This document shows positions 49,324-64,000 of a stretch of DNA of 64,000 bases, piece after piece. Source of the DNA: the human T2T-CHM13v2.0 reference genome, Homo sapiens; NCBI RefSeq assembly GCF_009914755.1, contig NC_060930.1; one strand, written 5' to 3'. The notes below the pieces were generated by a model. The model worked only from the letters and a program-made list of their open reading frames with translations, was not told the DNA's origin and searched no databases. Numbering within the stretch: the first letter of the stretch is position 1; each line of letters begins with the position of its first letter. Made by a program: the position numbers and the translations under genes.

Positions 49324-50395
49324 CGCTCCCAGTTGGCCAAGTACCCTTTACATCCAGTGACCTGTTTTACGAATAATAGGAAAGACTTTCCAGCTTATTT
49401 TCTGCATTCTCAGGAGTACGCAGAGTTCACAGTAAATGCAGAGTAACAGTCATTTCTAAAACAAAGATAAAACACTCCAAATGCTGCTCTGCAAAGACCA
49501 TTTGCCATCTGTTCCTTTCCCCCTGACAGGGCTGCTTATCAGGACTCCAGCAAGGACACCATCATAGCAATCTAGATCCGAGTACTTTTCCTCTGTTGCA
49601 GGGGGTGTTTCCTTGAACTTTCCCATCTGCTTCTAAGCAAGAGGTATAAAATATTATCTATAAAATAAGACTAGCAAATGACTCACAGTGAATAAAAATA
49701 AATCAGGGTGTAGTTTGTCATCATCTTTAAGAGAAAAAAAAAGGAAAATGCTCCACAATTGGAGAAACAACTCACTTTTTCAAACCTCCTCAAGGAACGT
49801 CTTCAAATGATAGGCAGGAAATGGGTATGTGGGGGTTAAGTTAAGCTCAAGTAAACTCAAGTGGCAAGAGCATGATCCAGCCCCATCATACATATTCATA
49901 AGAGGCAACCTGAGCTTCCGTGTAAAACCACAGTGTGACTGTATTTCCTGCACACACTTTGCATCCCACACAGCCCGGACACACTGCAGCACTGGAGGGG
50001 CACAATGCCTTGCTTTAAAACATGGCTCAGAAGAACCATAATTGTTCATTGACAACTTAACCTACACATTGACTGGATGTTCTCCATAGGCCTTATGACA
50101 GCTCAAGAAGTATCTGTCAGGATGCAGTTTGAAAGACATCATTGTGCAAGTGTGAATCTCAAGGCTTCGGCTACTAAGAAGCAAAAATGGAATATGGTTA
50201 TTTGTTTTCAATAAAGCATTGGGCATTTATTACTAATACTCTAATGGAGAAACAGGTCAGTCTAACCAACATGGGAAGATGATAACACTCTATATACTGC
50301 TTCTCTTCTCAACAGACTTTCTACAACAAAATACCCATAGTTTCAGCTGCCAGAAAATATAAACCAAAGGCCTTGTTTCAGTGGGATTTGGGGTG

Positions 50396-50432
50396 GCATC
50401 GATAGTATAGTGGTAAACATAACTGCTTTTCA
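50396..50432 (+). pseudogene. tRNA-Gly(TCC) 5'-half retrocopy
   Basis: gcatcgatagtatagtggtaaacataactgcttttca aligns gap-free to GCGTTGGTGGTATAGTGGT(G/A)AGCATAGCTGCCTTCCA with transitions only; stops at the anticodon loop. Confidence 0.75.
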
Positions 50433-50929
50433 GTAGAATTTGGGAAGGCATGTACTGGGTTTTTCTTCATTCACTCAACAAATATTTATTAAGTGCCACG
50501 ATGTGCCAAGTACTGCCCTGGGCACTTGGAAAAACCACAATGAACAAAACACAAAAGTCCCTGCATCATGAAGGCTATGATCGCGGAGTGTTTCAGACTG
50601 CCATGCTCCTCCAGAGAGAAAGAACACCTTATCATGTGCCTGTCATTAAAGGGCCTGGACCTTTTTCTTCAATTTCTTTCAAATGCCCTCGATGACTCTG
50701 TCAATGAAGTTTGTATGTGTGCCCATATGTGCTGTTTGAAAGAAGGAAGAGAGAGGGAAAGAAAGCAACACTGAAACACGATTCAAAAAGTGATAGAAAG
50801 ATTTACCTTTATGATTGGGAAAGCCACAAAGACATGAGTACTGGGAAACACAAAAGAACACTAGTGCAGATGGAAAAATCTATTTGTTTTATTAGGAAGA
50901 TGGAAAATATTATCAAGATGTCAACTCTT

Positions 50930-51245
<316 letters not shown>

Positions 51246-52094
51246 TCATTATTTAAGCTATAAATTTGATATATGACAAAAAAATTCATAATGGTCTTGT
51301 GAACTAAGTTGATTCAAAGCACAAAGAAAAATCTGAAGGGGAAAAGTCTAATGAGGGAGGAACTAGCTCTACCAGATGCTGAAATATAAAGCTTTGATAA
51401 CTGAAAGTGTATGCTAACTCATAAATAGACAAAACAGTGGAACTGAATGAAACACCGGGAAATAATTCCAAATCCATTTGGGAATTAAATATCTGATCAA
51501 CATGCCACATTGCCCATAGGTCTGTTGACCTCAGCAGCATTGTCAGTCATGCAGTGTGGTCCTTCACCTCCTTCTCATTAGGAGGCTTGGAGCTAACCAG
51601 AGGTTGTGGGTTCAGGAGTAAGAAAGAACACTGGGCTTAAATGGCTAGACACCAGAGCACCAATCTTGCTCTACCACCTGTAACTTGGTGACCTTGTGTT
51701 GAGCTTTGGTTTCATTGTCTATAATATGAGGATAATGAAATCCATTGCCAAGCTTTATTGTGGGGATAAGTTTATATAATATATGAATCTACCTAACAAA
51801 TATCAACTATTTAACAAAATAAACATATTCTAATTGAATAGCTTAACGGGCATCTTAACTCCAGGTTGACAGTTTCACAATTTGTCTGTCTGCAGACAGA
51901 AATTGCTTTTTAAAAATCTCAAATCCTTTTTTTTTTTTTTGCCATTCAACATGTAAATAAGATTTAGAAAAAAGAATTATTTTAAAGCTCAGATTTAGAG
52001 TCAATGATTTCCTTACAGAGGAAAGTCTTTATAAATAAGATCAAGTTGTTGAGTGGGTGGATGAAATCCAGCAAGAGAAGTTTCAGTTACATAG

Positions 52095-52411
<317 letters not shown>

Positions 52412-54314
52412 CAGGAAAGGATCTTTTAACTTCTGTGTTTTAAAGGAAGATGTGGAGCTTTTTAAAGATGACGCTGCACTAAGCATGAGCTGATGGAAAC
52501 CTGTCCTGTGTGTAGAGAGCACCCAAGGTTCGGGTGTTGTGCCAAAATGGAGACCTTACTCTTGGACAAAAGAAGCTTGAACAATTTATGGTGAGGGTAG
52601 AAGTACAAACAAAATTCCATGTAAATTTTTAATTTCCACCTTTGGTTATATTGTACAATTCAGTGCCTAAGGGATCAAAGGATGTTGAAGAGAGTTTTGG
52701 GAAATCACATATACTCTTGGGAAACTTCATGACAAAGGGCAATCTTGGGCAGTGTTGGAAAGGGACGAAGTGGATCACTTGGTGGAAAGTGGCAGGCAGA
52801 AGAGTATGTGGATGCCTCAGAAGTGGATGTGGTTAAAGGATGGAACAATGAAGGGTTTGATGGCTGCAATAAGGCGTACAAGACAATGAGATGAGTAATA
52901 AGCTGACAGAATGCTTGCTGAATAATCCTGATTTAAATTTGTCAGGCAAGTGATGAAAAGAATGTTTGCTGCTGGCCAGGATGGTCTGACCGAGAAAGCT
53001 AGACACAAGAGACAAATAAGGCTATTTCCATTGTCTAACTAACAATGCTTAGGTCCAAGCTGGTCTGAACCTGTGAGAACAGAGACAGTGCACAGCTTTG
53101 AAAATCCTGTAGGACAAGGAATCATGGAATTGGTGATTTTTCTGGACAAAATGATAGAGGAAAAGGTTTAACAAGGTTAGGATCATAGAAAGCTGACAGG
53201 AGGATGGAGCCATTGTCAACAAAGAGAACTTCAGACCTGCTAAGCGTTTGTAAGGAGCACAAGGAGAGAAAATAAACCCAATTTTGGCTGCATTTGGCTG
53301 TGGATGACAACCAGCATAACAACCCAATCTCCATCAGAAACGGAATCAAGACTTTAAATATAATAAATTCAGAATTCTTAGCAAAAAGAATATTGTGCTG
53401 TTTCTTTTGTTATGGGGCTAAAATTGTTCCCATTTATGATAGGCACAAAATATACTTATGAAAGTCATGCTTATCACTGACCTACATCTTCTGTAAGGAA
53501 AATGTATGTTACAGACACCAAGAAGAAGATCTCACCTCCCACCTTCTCTGTGATAGAGAAAATAGCAGAGGAGCACATTTTTGACAATCTTGCTAACAAG
53601 GGGAAACATTTCATGCAGTATCATCAGCTCCACAATCTGTCTTACTCCCAAGTCCACCAGCTGCTAAAATAATGAATTTTCTTTAGGTCATCATTTTGGT
53701 CTTTTCTTGGATACTGGTCATTGAAAAGGTGAGATGTTATTAGGTCATTGTGTGGGCTCCCAGATGGATGTCAGAGATGGGGCCATAGCTAATTGTGATA
53801 TGAATATAGGATTTACATAATCAATGCCTATGTCACAATGTCCCGTAAGAAAATCAACATCATTATTTTATCATTCACACCTCATTTTTTATAAATGGAT
53901 TAATTATTCACCCAATTCACCAGGTTTGGCTTTGAACAATCCTCAGGTTTCCCTTTCCCCCAGGACATGTCCTTAAATAAATTGAAGCATTTTTGTCACA
54001 ATGTATTATAGTTTTAAACATATTTAGCAGCAGAACTTTTATTTTTCTAATGAGAACCTCAAGTTATTAAACAGTCAATATTCATTAAGGTCTTTCTCAC
54101 CTTATTTGAATTTTCAGGGATTGATGGAAATTATGTCATTCTTTGTGAACTTCTGAAAAGCCTATGGAAATGAAGGCAAGTCCAAAAGAGATCCCAGCAT
54201 CTTCTGAGCACCCACAGAAGAGTAGAGCTGCCCAATGTGACTACATATAAGAGCCAATGTTATATGCTGTTTGATATGCTTTTAGAAACATTAACCACAC
54301 CTTGTATTACATAA

Positions 54315-54530
54315 AAGCAAAGGCTTTAGAGTCGGACAGGCCTGGGTCTGAATCTTGCTGTATGATCTTCAGCAGGTTACTTAGCCTCTCCAAGACTCAG
54401 TTGAAACTTCTGTGAAATCGATATAATAATACAGATCTTAAAATGTTGTTATGAGGGGAAAACGATGTGATATGTGTAAAGAACTAGCACAATGTCTAAT
54501 GTATAGTAAGTGCTCAAAAATGGTAGGTAA
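54315..54530. mobile_element. MIR
   Basis: GGCTTTAGAGTCGGACAGGCCTGGGTCTGAATC...TAGTAAGTGCTCAA. Confidence 0.8.
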
Positions 54531-54757
54531 TAATTATACTATTGGAAATAATAATAATTACCTTACCTTATAGGGTGTAATCACCAGAGTGTGTAAGACA
54601 GAACTGCAGAGTTAGTAATGACTAACTGCTAGTTTAGTTAATGAGCTAACGGCCAGTTCATACCTGGCTAGCGTGCCACGAAATGGAATTTCTAACTCTT
54701 CTATCATAAATAGCATCAGCAAGTAAGACACTGAGGAGTCAAAATGCCACCTGGGTA

Positions 54758-55151
54758 TGTATTAGTCCATTCTCACACTACTATAAAGAACTGCCAGAGA
54801 CTGGATAATCTATAAAGGAAATAGGTTTAATTGACTCACAATTCCACCTGGCTTGGGAGGCCTCAGGAAACTTACAATCATGGCAGAAGGTGAAGGGGAA
54901 GCAAGTACTTTCTTCACATGGTGCCAGGAGAGAGAACTAGCAAGAGCAGGGAAAACTGCCTTATAAAACCGTCAAATCTCATGAAAACTCACTCACTATC
55001 ATGAGAACAGCATGGGGGAACTGCCCGCACCCTCCCCCACCCCGCCCCATGATTCAATTACCTCCCACCAGGTCCCTCCCTCTTTATGTGGGGATTATAG
55101 GGATTACAATTCAAAATGAGATTTGGGTGGGGACACAGCCAAACCATATGA
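54758..55151 (-). mobile_element. THE1 (MaLR) solo LTR, THE1C/D-like
   Basis: TGTATTAGTCCATTCTCACAC...GAGATTTGGGTGGGGACACAGCCAAACCATAT; 5-bp TSD gg(g/a)ta. Confidence 0.93.
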
Positions 55152-55661
55152 GGATATAAGGCTCTTCAACGCATACTTTTAGCAGAGTATCTATGATTTT
55201 AGTGAGTAGACCTTGACAGCTAAATAAAGCTATCTTCCTTCTGTCAGGATCCTGGGAACTTCTTCTATAGATACTCATTGTCTTATTTTAAGAACTGCCA
55301 GAGAAACAGATTCCACAACTTCCCTTAATAACCTATTTCTGTGCTTAGTAATTGTTCCTCTTAGTAAATCTTCTGAGCTAATCTGAATCCTTTGTGCTCT
55401 AATTTAAGGCCAGTCATCTCACATTTAATTCAGATCTTATTGATACCTGTATCACTATTGAACCAAATTACAACTAGAAATATTGACAAATGTGTTATCA
55501 CGGAGATTTCAGCATGAGCATATGCATTTGACAATCAACTGTGATGAGTTAACATGCCAGAGAGTGGTATTGTTCATGTAATCAGAGACACATTAGCAGT
55601 GTTCTCTTAAAGGCACAGCCCCAGTTCATCTTTGACAATTGTCACACACTGACTTGTGTGA

Positions 55662-56171
<510 letters not shown>

Positions 56172-56270
56172 AAGCTCATTCTCTTTAAAAGGTACCACTT
56201 CCTGGTCTGGTTTTTGGGATGGTTCGGCTTTTTAAGTCATGTCCAGAATTAATCAATAGCAAAAAAACCC

Positions 56271-56949
<679 letters not shown>

Positions 56950-57193
56950 TCAGAGAAGTACCAGTCCAAATACCACTGCGTTCAGGAGATTTGAAAAGCA
57001 GTGCTAAAAAGGGACTCAAGCGGAGCCATCGCAGGTGCCCGGCCATCTGCCCAGCAAAGCCAGGCGTGCCGCCAAAGACCCTGCAGCCTTTCTGTGTAGA
57101 CTAGGTCGGAGTTCCAGAAGTGTTTTTTGAACATGATCCCTTGGGTACTGTCGCCCACCACAAAGAAAAAGTGGTTAAAACAAAATGTTCAGA

Positions 57194-57515
<322 letters not shown>

Positions 57516-57605
57516 CAGAAAACATAGTATACAGAGGTGGACTGACCATAAACTGAGGAGGTATAAGATTTATTCATATAGGTCCCATTCAAAGACTTAC
57601 ACCTA

Positions 57606-57841
<236 letters not shown>

Positions 57842-58581
57842 GGGAGAGGGCACCAAAATCAGCTTCGGGACCCCCAAATCTGGATCCCACACCTGACTTT
57901 GGGAGTTTGCTTATTAATCTCATTATGTCCTAAAGTAAAGACTTCTGCCTAATTTCATGTAACCTAATGTTTCCTCTTGAGTGGTAGTAGGATAGCACTC
58001 TCTCTTTCCTAGTGAGCAGTCTGTCACACAGGAGGAAGATGACAGGTGACAGAGGTCACAGTAGTCCTCATATCACCCAGCTTCTCCCAGCCCCCACATG
58101 TCCGCGTGCCTTTCCCCCAGCCCCTGCCTCTCTAGATATTCTCTTCTTAAGGACATTTCATCTGGCAGGTGAGCAGGTCTCAAAGTTCCCGTTTCAGTTC
58201 CCCAGACATCCTTTGGAAGTGAGTGTCCTTTCCAGAGCTTTTATGTCACCTCCTTGTCACTCTCAATTAGAATCTGCTGGGCATTGCCTGAGCTCCCAGA
58301 AAGAACTGGGTCCTTTAGGACATAAAGAGAAATGGAAAAGGAAACTAGGAAGAAGAGCAGAGGTGGGTAAGCGACATTGTATTTATGCCAAGGGAACACA
58401 AAATGGGTGTGAGTATAACACAGAACCAGGTGTTCATAAATTTTTGTATGGGAGTGAATTGGCATTTTTTTCTTAGCATTCAAGTTTTAGGAGAAGAAAG
58501 GAGACCCTAAGCTTCTTGTGAAGAAAGGACTGCCTTCTACCCGCCAGGCCTGTTTTGGATTCCTGAAAGAGAAGAAAGGTT

Positions 58582-58616
58582 GCAGGGTTGGACCTGGTTA
58601 GTACTTGGATGGGAGA
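58582..58616 (+). pseudogene. 5S rRNA fragment, tailless retrocopy
   Basis: gcagggttggacctggttagtacttggatgggaga vs 5S GCAGGGTCGGGCCTGGTTAGTACTTGGATGGGAGA (33/35); TSD gag(a/t)agaaagg(t/c)t. Confidence 0.9.
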
Positions 58617-58890
58617 GAGTAGAAAGGCTTGTTCTTGGGCTTCCCACCTCCCACCAAATGTATCCTACGTACCTCACCTCTACGGAGTGACCGTCCAAAC
58701 CTTAGAGTAGGGACTTGGCGAGAGGTGGGGGCATAGAAGCCTGTGGCATAAATGGCAAGTACGGTCTCTCTGTGTGATCAGCATGGGTCAGTCTCCTCCA
58801 AACATATGCTTTGGAAGTCCCTGTTGTGGTGAAAAGAGCCCTGCATGGAGTTCAGAGGGCATCTTGAGTCACAGTCCTGTCACTTACTGA

Positions 58891-58954
58891 TTCAAAACAT
58901 GTGATGGCTGTGCCATGATATTTTCTATTCCACGTACTTTTATTTCTTTTTTTT
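58891..58954 (+). repeat. 64-bp copy of ~59831-59893 inserted in a MIR
   Basis: 56/61 identity; flanked by direct repeat cttactga (58883-58890, 58955-58962). Confidence 0.9.
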
Positions 58955-59881
58955 CTTACTGATCCTGGCCATTTCCTGGACTCCTCTGAGACCCAGTTTC
59001 TCCCTGTTCATAACAGGATCGTGACACCTGTTCATTCCCTGTGCTCAATTGTTGTTGCAGCTGAGTTCGTGATGAGTTGAGAGTCTGGGTCAAGGACATG
59101 GGGTGTTCAGCAGGCATTAAACATGAACCTCCCAGGGGGGCTGAGCATTGTCAGTCCACCTCCCCGCCCATCGCTCAGACCAGGTCTTGTCACATTTGCT
59201 TCCTTCAGCTCTGATTTCACAGCTCAGGGTAGCTGGAGGTCACAAGGCCCCTAGGCACCCACAAGCCTCTGATGTCCAGCGTGGTTCATGTGTGCTTTTG
59301 CCACAAGCGCCTGCAGCGGCATGAGGCAGCTGGAGGTTTGGCTCAGTGGATGCAAGAAGGAACACGAAAGCAGGGTTGTTTTGGTTTGGGGTTTAGATTT
59401 TCTCCCCTTTGTTCTTTCACTCAAGAAAGCATTTGAGTCTGGGCCTATCTTCGTGGCTGATTTCTTGTCAGAGTCTACTATTTTTGTTCTTGTCTCACAT
59501 GACTAATGTTCTTAATTTCATTTCACTTTAATTTTTTCCTTTTGAACTCTCATCTCTTCCTCTTCTGATCTGATCTCCTTGCTCCACATTCCCATCCTTT
59601 CCCCCTTTTCAGTCCCCTCAAGTCCTTTTGAAAGCTTCCACACAGATAAGCAGATTCATCTTTCTCAATACAGATTAGGGGCAGCTCCTCTGAGGGGGGG
59701 AACCCCTCCATGCAAACATCTGCAGTTGCCCTGTGGGCCCCTCTGGCTCAGACTGTCTTACTATAAAAATACATCTTATACCATAAGCCAATGCACACGG
59801 GTGTAGGTAGAATTGCAACAATATTTAGCCTCAAAACATGTGATGGCTGTGTCACAATATTTTCTATTCCATATACTTTTA

Positions 59882-60017
59882 TTTCTTTTTTCTTTATTCT
59901 TTTCCTCCCTCTCTCCCTTCCTTCCCTCCTTCCTTCCTTTTTCCCTCCTTTTCTTCTTTCTTTTCCTCCTCTTCTTCCTTTCTTCTTCTTCCTCTCTCTC
60001 TCTCTTTCTCTCTCCCT
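59882..60017. repeat. CT-rich low-complexity tract
   Basis: Almost pure pyrimidine. Confidence 0.92.
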
Positions 60018-60405
60018 CACCCACTAAACTCATCTCAGGACTCATTAGAGTCATTAGTGGATTGTGACTTGTACTTTGAAAACCACTAATTTAGGAGCAC
60101 TGTCTACCTGCCCTGGGGAAAAGGCCCTTTGCTTTGTTTTCTGAAACACATATTATCTGTATATAATGAGAATCCACTCCCCACCAAACAGATGAAATTT
60201 AAATACTCCTGGGGTGAACTGAGAGGTAAGGACAAAATGACAACAGGTCTCCAAATTGTGGAGTCATCTTGGGGTTCAGGAAGTTGGGATGATTGCTCTG
60301 ATGCTTTGAGCTTCCCTAGTTCCTCTTATTATGATGCCCCAGTATTTTCTAGCTACCTCTCTCTTCTCCCCGAATCCCTGCAAAGAAAGTTCTAAGGAAG
60401 GAACT

Positions 60406-61242
60406 TGTGGTAAGCAGAATAATGGCCCCCAAAGATGTCCATGCCATAGTCCCCAAAACCTGTGAATATGTTTGAGATGTTAATGGCAAGAAGAAATTAA
60501 GGCCGAAGATAGAATTAGCATTGCTAGTCAGCTGATCATGTAATGGCAAGAATATCCTGGTTTATCTAGTTAGGACCAATGTAATCACAAGGGTCCTTAT
60601 AAGTGAAGGAGGGAGGCAGAACAGTCAAGGTCAGAGTGATGTGATATGAAACTCCAGCAGCCATTGCTGACTTTGAAGATGGAAGGGGCCACAAACCAAA
60701 GAACGTGGGCAGCCTTTAGAACCTGGAAAAAGTGAGAAAATGGATTCTCCCCTACGGCCTCCAGAATGGACAGCAAGACTGCCATTACCTTGACTTTAGC
60801 CCAGTGAGACTCATGTCAGACTCCTGACCTCCATAAATGCAATACATTTGCATTTTTTGTTTTGTGTTGTTTTGTTTTGTTTTGTTTTGTTTTTGAGGGA
60901 GTCTCGCCTTGTCGCCCAGGCTGGAATGCAGTGGTGCAATCTCGGCTCACTGCAACCTCTGCTCCCGGGTTCAAGTGATTCTTGTGCCTCAGCCTCCCGA
61001 GGAGCTGGGACTGACTACAGGTGCATGCCACCACACCTGGCTAATTTTTGTATTTTTGGTAGAGATGGGGTTTCATCATGTTGGCCAGGCTGGTCTTGAG
61101 CTACTGACTTCAAGTGATCTGCCCTCCTCAGCCTCCCAAAGTACTGGGATTACTGGCATGAGCCACCGCACCTCACATTTGTGTTGTTTTAAGCCACCAA
61201 GTTTGTGGCAGTATGTTTCAGCAACAATAGGAAACTAACACA
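60406..61242 (+). mobile_element. MLT1C/D-like LTR interrupted by an Alu (~60855-61172, - strand)
   Basis: TGTGGTAAGCAGAATAATGGCCCCCAAAGATGTCC start; TTTTAAGCCACCAAGTTTGTGG...ATAGGAAACTAACACA end. Confidence 0.9.
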
Positions 61243-61478
61243 GATGTGTTATTGGTCAATTACAACGCACTATGAATTAGAGCATTTCTGAGTCCAGGGG
61301 CATTTTTCTTTAAAATACCTGATTTTTATCTTCCAAGGCTGGTTCGTGGTATTGTCCTCAGTCTGGGAAAGGAAGAGAGGTCGGAGGTCTGGCCTCCTGA
61401 ACAGTTATGCAGCCTGCCAACCTGCTGAACTACCAAGACTCAGGCAGCTGACCAAACGCTGGAGAACAGGGTGGGTAG

Positions 61479-61888
<410 letters not shown>

Positions 61889-63584
61889 CTGATTTTTTTT
61901 AATTAAAGGACAAAGGCAGTCACTGTATCTCAAGGGCTAGGCTGGCTCATCTAAAGGACCCCACAACTGCATTCTGGAGCAGAGGTTTCCTAGAGCTGAC
62001 AGTTGTGAGGACAGCTTCATGGGACATAATGATGGGTGCTGTGGTGAGCCCCACCCAGACGGACCGGAGTCGGTTCATTCTCCTTTAACCTCATCATGGT
62101 CAGATCCTATTCAATGGCCATCAGGACTGCCATTGCCTGAGCAATTGGTCTTGAGAAAAGAACTTCAGCTCCCTGGACTTCGTTTCCTCCTCAATAAAAT
62201 GCCATCACTACCCAGTTCAGAGGCTCTGACAACAGCATCCACAGCAGATACTTCCCCAAAGTTCCTGAAGGAGAAGCTCTTTCTTTGCAGGTGTTTCAGA
62301 TTCTCTCTCTCTCTGTGGTGAAGCCCAAGGTTTTGCGCACCCTCCCCTCTGGACTCGAAGTGTATGCCATATAAAATTACATCATATTTCATAAACAGAG
62401 CACTGTTTTGATTTTGGGTCTCCTCCCTAGGGTCAATGGCTTCTCTCTACTCAGGCTCCTTCTCTCTGGGAGTCCAAGTAGAAGCACACAACGTTTGTTG
62501 ATTACACCAAAGAAATATTAGAGATGGGTGTTTTGCCAAGATTTTTCCTTCCAGACCAGAGCACGAAGTGCTTCCACCTCAAAATAGCCTTTGTGTTGTG
62601 GGTTTATAAATTCTAACATGCATTGTGGTCTTTAGGGTGCTAGATTCTTTACTACTAACAGTCTTGTTATATTTGAGAAGCTGCTTGTAATACAAACAAG
62701 CCTGAAGTTCAGTGTCTCTAGAATGGATGACTATTTTATTGTGAGTCATGGTTAACTAGTTGATGAGCCTATGGTCCTCACCGCCCTAAGCCATGCCCTA
62801 TGCAACCTTGAGCCAATCCTGACTTTATGCAGGAGGGGTGTAAACTTTAGCCCCACATTCTAGAAGTCAGGCTCAGTCAGCCTAGCCAGACTACCTCTGT
62901 GGAAAGATCTAATAACCAGCATTCTGAGTGCTAAGAATGTTGCTTTTGAACCTGCCAAATTTCCCAGTCACTTGAGGCTCAGGGCCTTGCCTTGCTCTTG
63001 CTAATCTCCCCTCTGGGGATGACCATCCTAACCATAAACTGCAAACAACCTTCCCCAATAACTTCTGCCGGCCTAAGTCCTTGTTGTATCACAGAATATC
63101 AACACCCACCAGAATTCCGTGTTGGAACACCCTGCAACCTTGCGATGAACCACACAGTGCTCCGTGCTGACTTGTGGGTTAGCCCTGCCCTGCTACCTGT
63201 TCTGAGGATTGCATATTCTCTTGGAATTTATTCCCTGATGCCCATTTCCCCAGCTCTTCCAAGGCTGCCTGTCCCACTGTACGTATGCCTGGCCATCTCC
63301 CAAGATATGTCAACAACTGATAGATCAACACTTTAGGAGCCAGAACGTCTTATTAGAGTGAAATGTTAATTAGGATAGGAACTGTTGGAATGTAGCAGCA
63401 AGCAGAGCCATCAGGTTTTGGGCGGTGGAGACTGTGTAAGCATCACATTAGGGAATTACTCTCTGAGCAAAACACAAAATGAGATGCCTCAAACTGAAGA
63501 GAAAAGAAATGGTTGCTGATTTTACAAAGCCTGGAAATTTTTAAATTTATTTCTGCTGTTGTTTTTGTCACTATATATTTTTAA

Positions 63585-63960
63585 ATTATTTTTATTGTGA
63601 CAAAATAAACATAAAATTTACCATCTTAACCATTTTTAAGGGTACAGTTCAGTGGTGTCAAGTCCGTATAGTCACAGTGTTGTGCAATGTCACCACCATC
63701 CATCTCTAGAACTCTTTTTATCTTGGAAAACTGAAACTCTGTATCTATTAAAGAATAAATCTCTATTTCTCTTCTTCCCCCAGCCCCTGGTAACCACAGT
63801 TCTACTTTCTGTCTCTCTGAATCTGACTACTCTAGGTACCTCATGTAAATGGAATCATATAGTATTTGCCGTTTTGTGATTGGTTTATTTCACTTAATGT
63901 TCTTAAGGTTTATCCACATTGTAGCATGTCAGAATTTTCTTCCTTTTTAAGGCTGAATAA
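63585..63960 (-). mobile_element. L1MB-like 3' end
   Basis: AACATAAAATTTACCATCTTAACCATTTTTAAG...CCCCAGCCCCTGGTAACCAC...AAGGCTGAATAA. Confidence 0.92.
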
Positions 63961-64000
63961 TTTTTTATATTTATATATCTTTATATAGAGATATATAGAG

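Noticed and set aside
51885-51900. 16-bp perfect palindrome tctgtctgcagacaga
   Set aside because: About one palindrome of this length is expected by chance in 64 kb; no supporting context.
54786-55304. 15-mer aagaactgccagaga repeated ~500 bp apart
   Set aside because: Too short; one copy is ordinary THE1 sequence and a chance match is plausible.
58012-58476. 154-aa non-Alu ORF
   Set aside because: Non-ATG start, no recognisable domain and no supporting splice chain; treated as chance.

Overview
Primate (human-like) genomic DNA, AT-rich and repeat-dense, with no CpG island and no intact protein-coding gene. Many ORFs in the track are Alu, L1 or LTR read-throughs. Repeats include about 35 Alu/FLAM elements, L1/L2/MIR/L3 fragments, MER2/MER5A DNA transposons, MaLR/THE1 LTRs, a decayed ERVL internal region and a full HERV-W solo LTR (LTR17) inserted in an Alu. 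Three signals go beyond repeats. (1) A chain of + strand, splice-site-bounded, phase-compatible but stop-interrupted exon-like segments at ~3.8-24.3 kb looks like a decayed multi-exon pseudogene. Short collinear motifs resemble, from memory and untested, GREB1-family proteins. (2) Several locally templated insertions of different ages: a perfect 570-bp copy with a stuttered junction, a 76-bp inverted copy, a 64-bp copy flanked by an 8-bp repeat, and a multi-switch scar in an Alu. (3) Four tailless retrocopies of small RNAs (tRNA-Gly 5' half, 5S rRNA fragment, FLAM, Alu left arm). Repeat subfamily names were assigned by eye and boundaries of old repeats are approximate.
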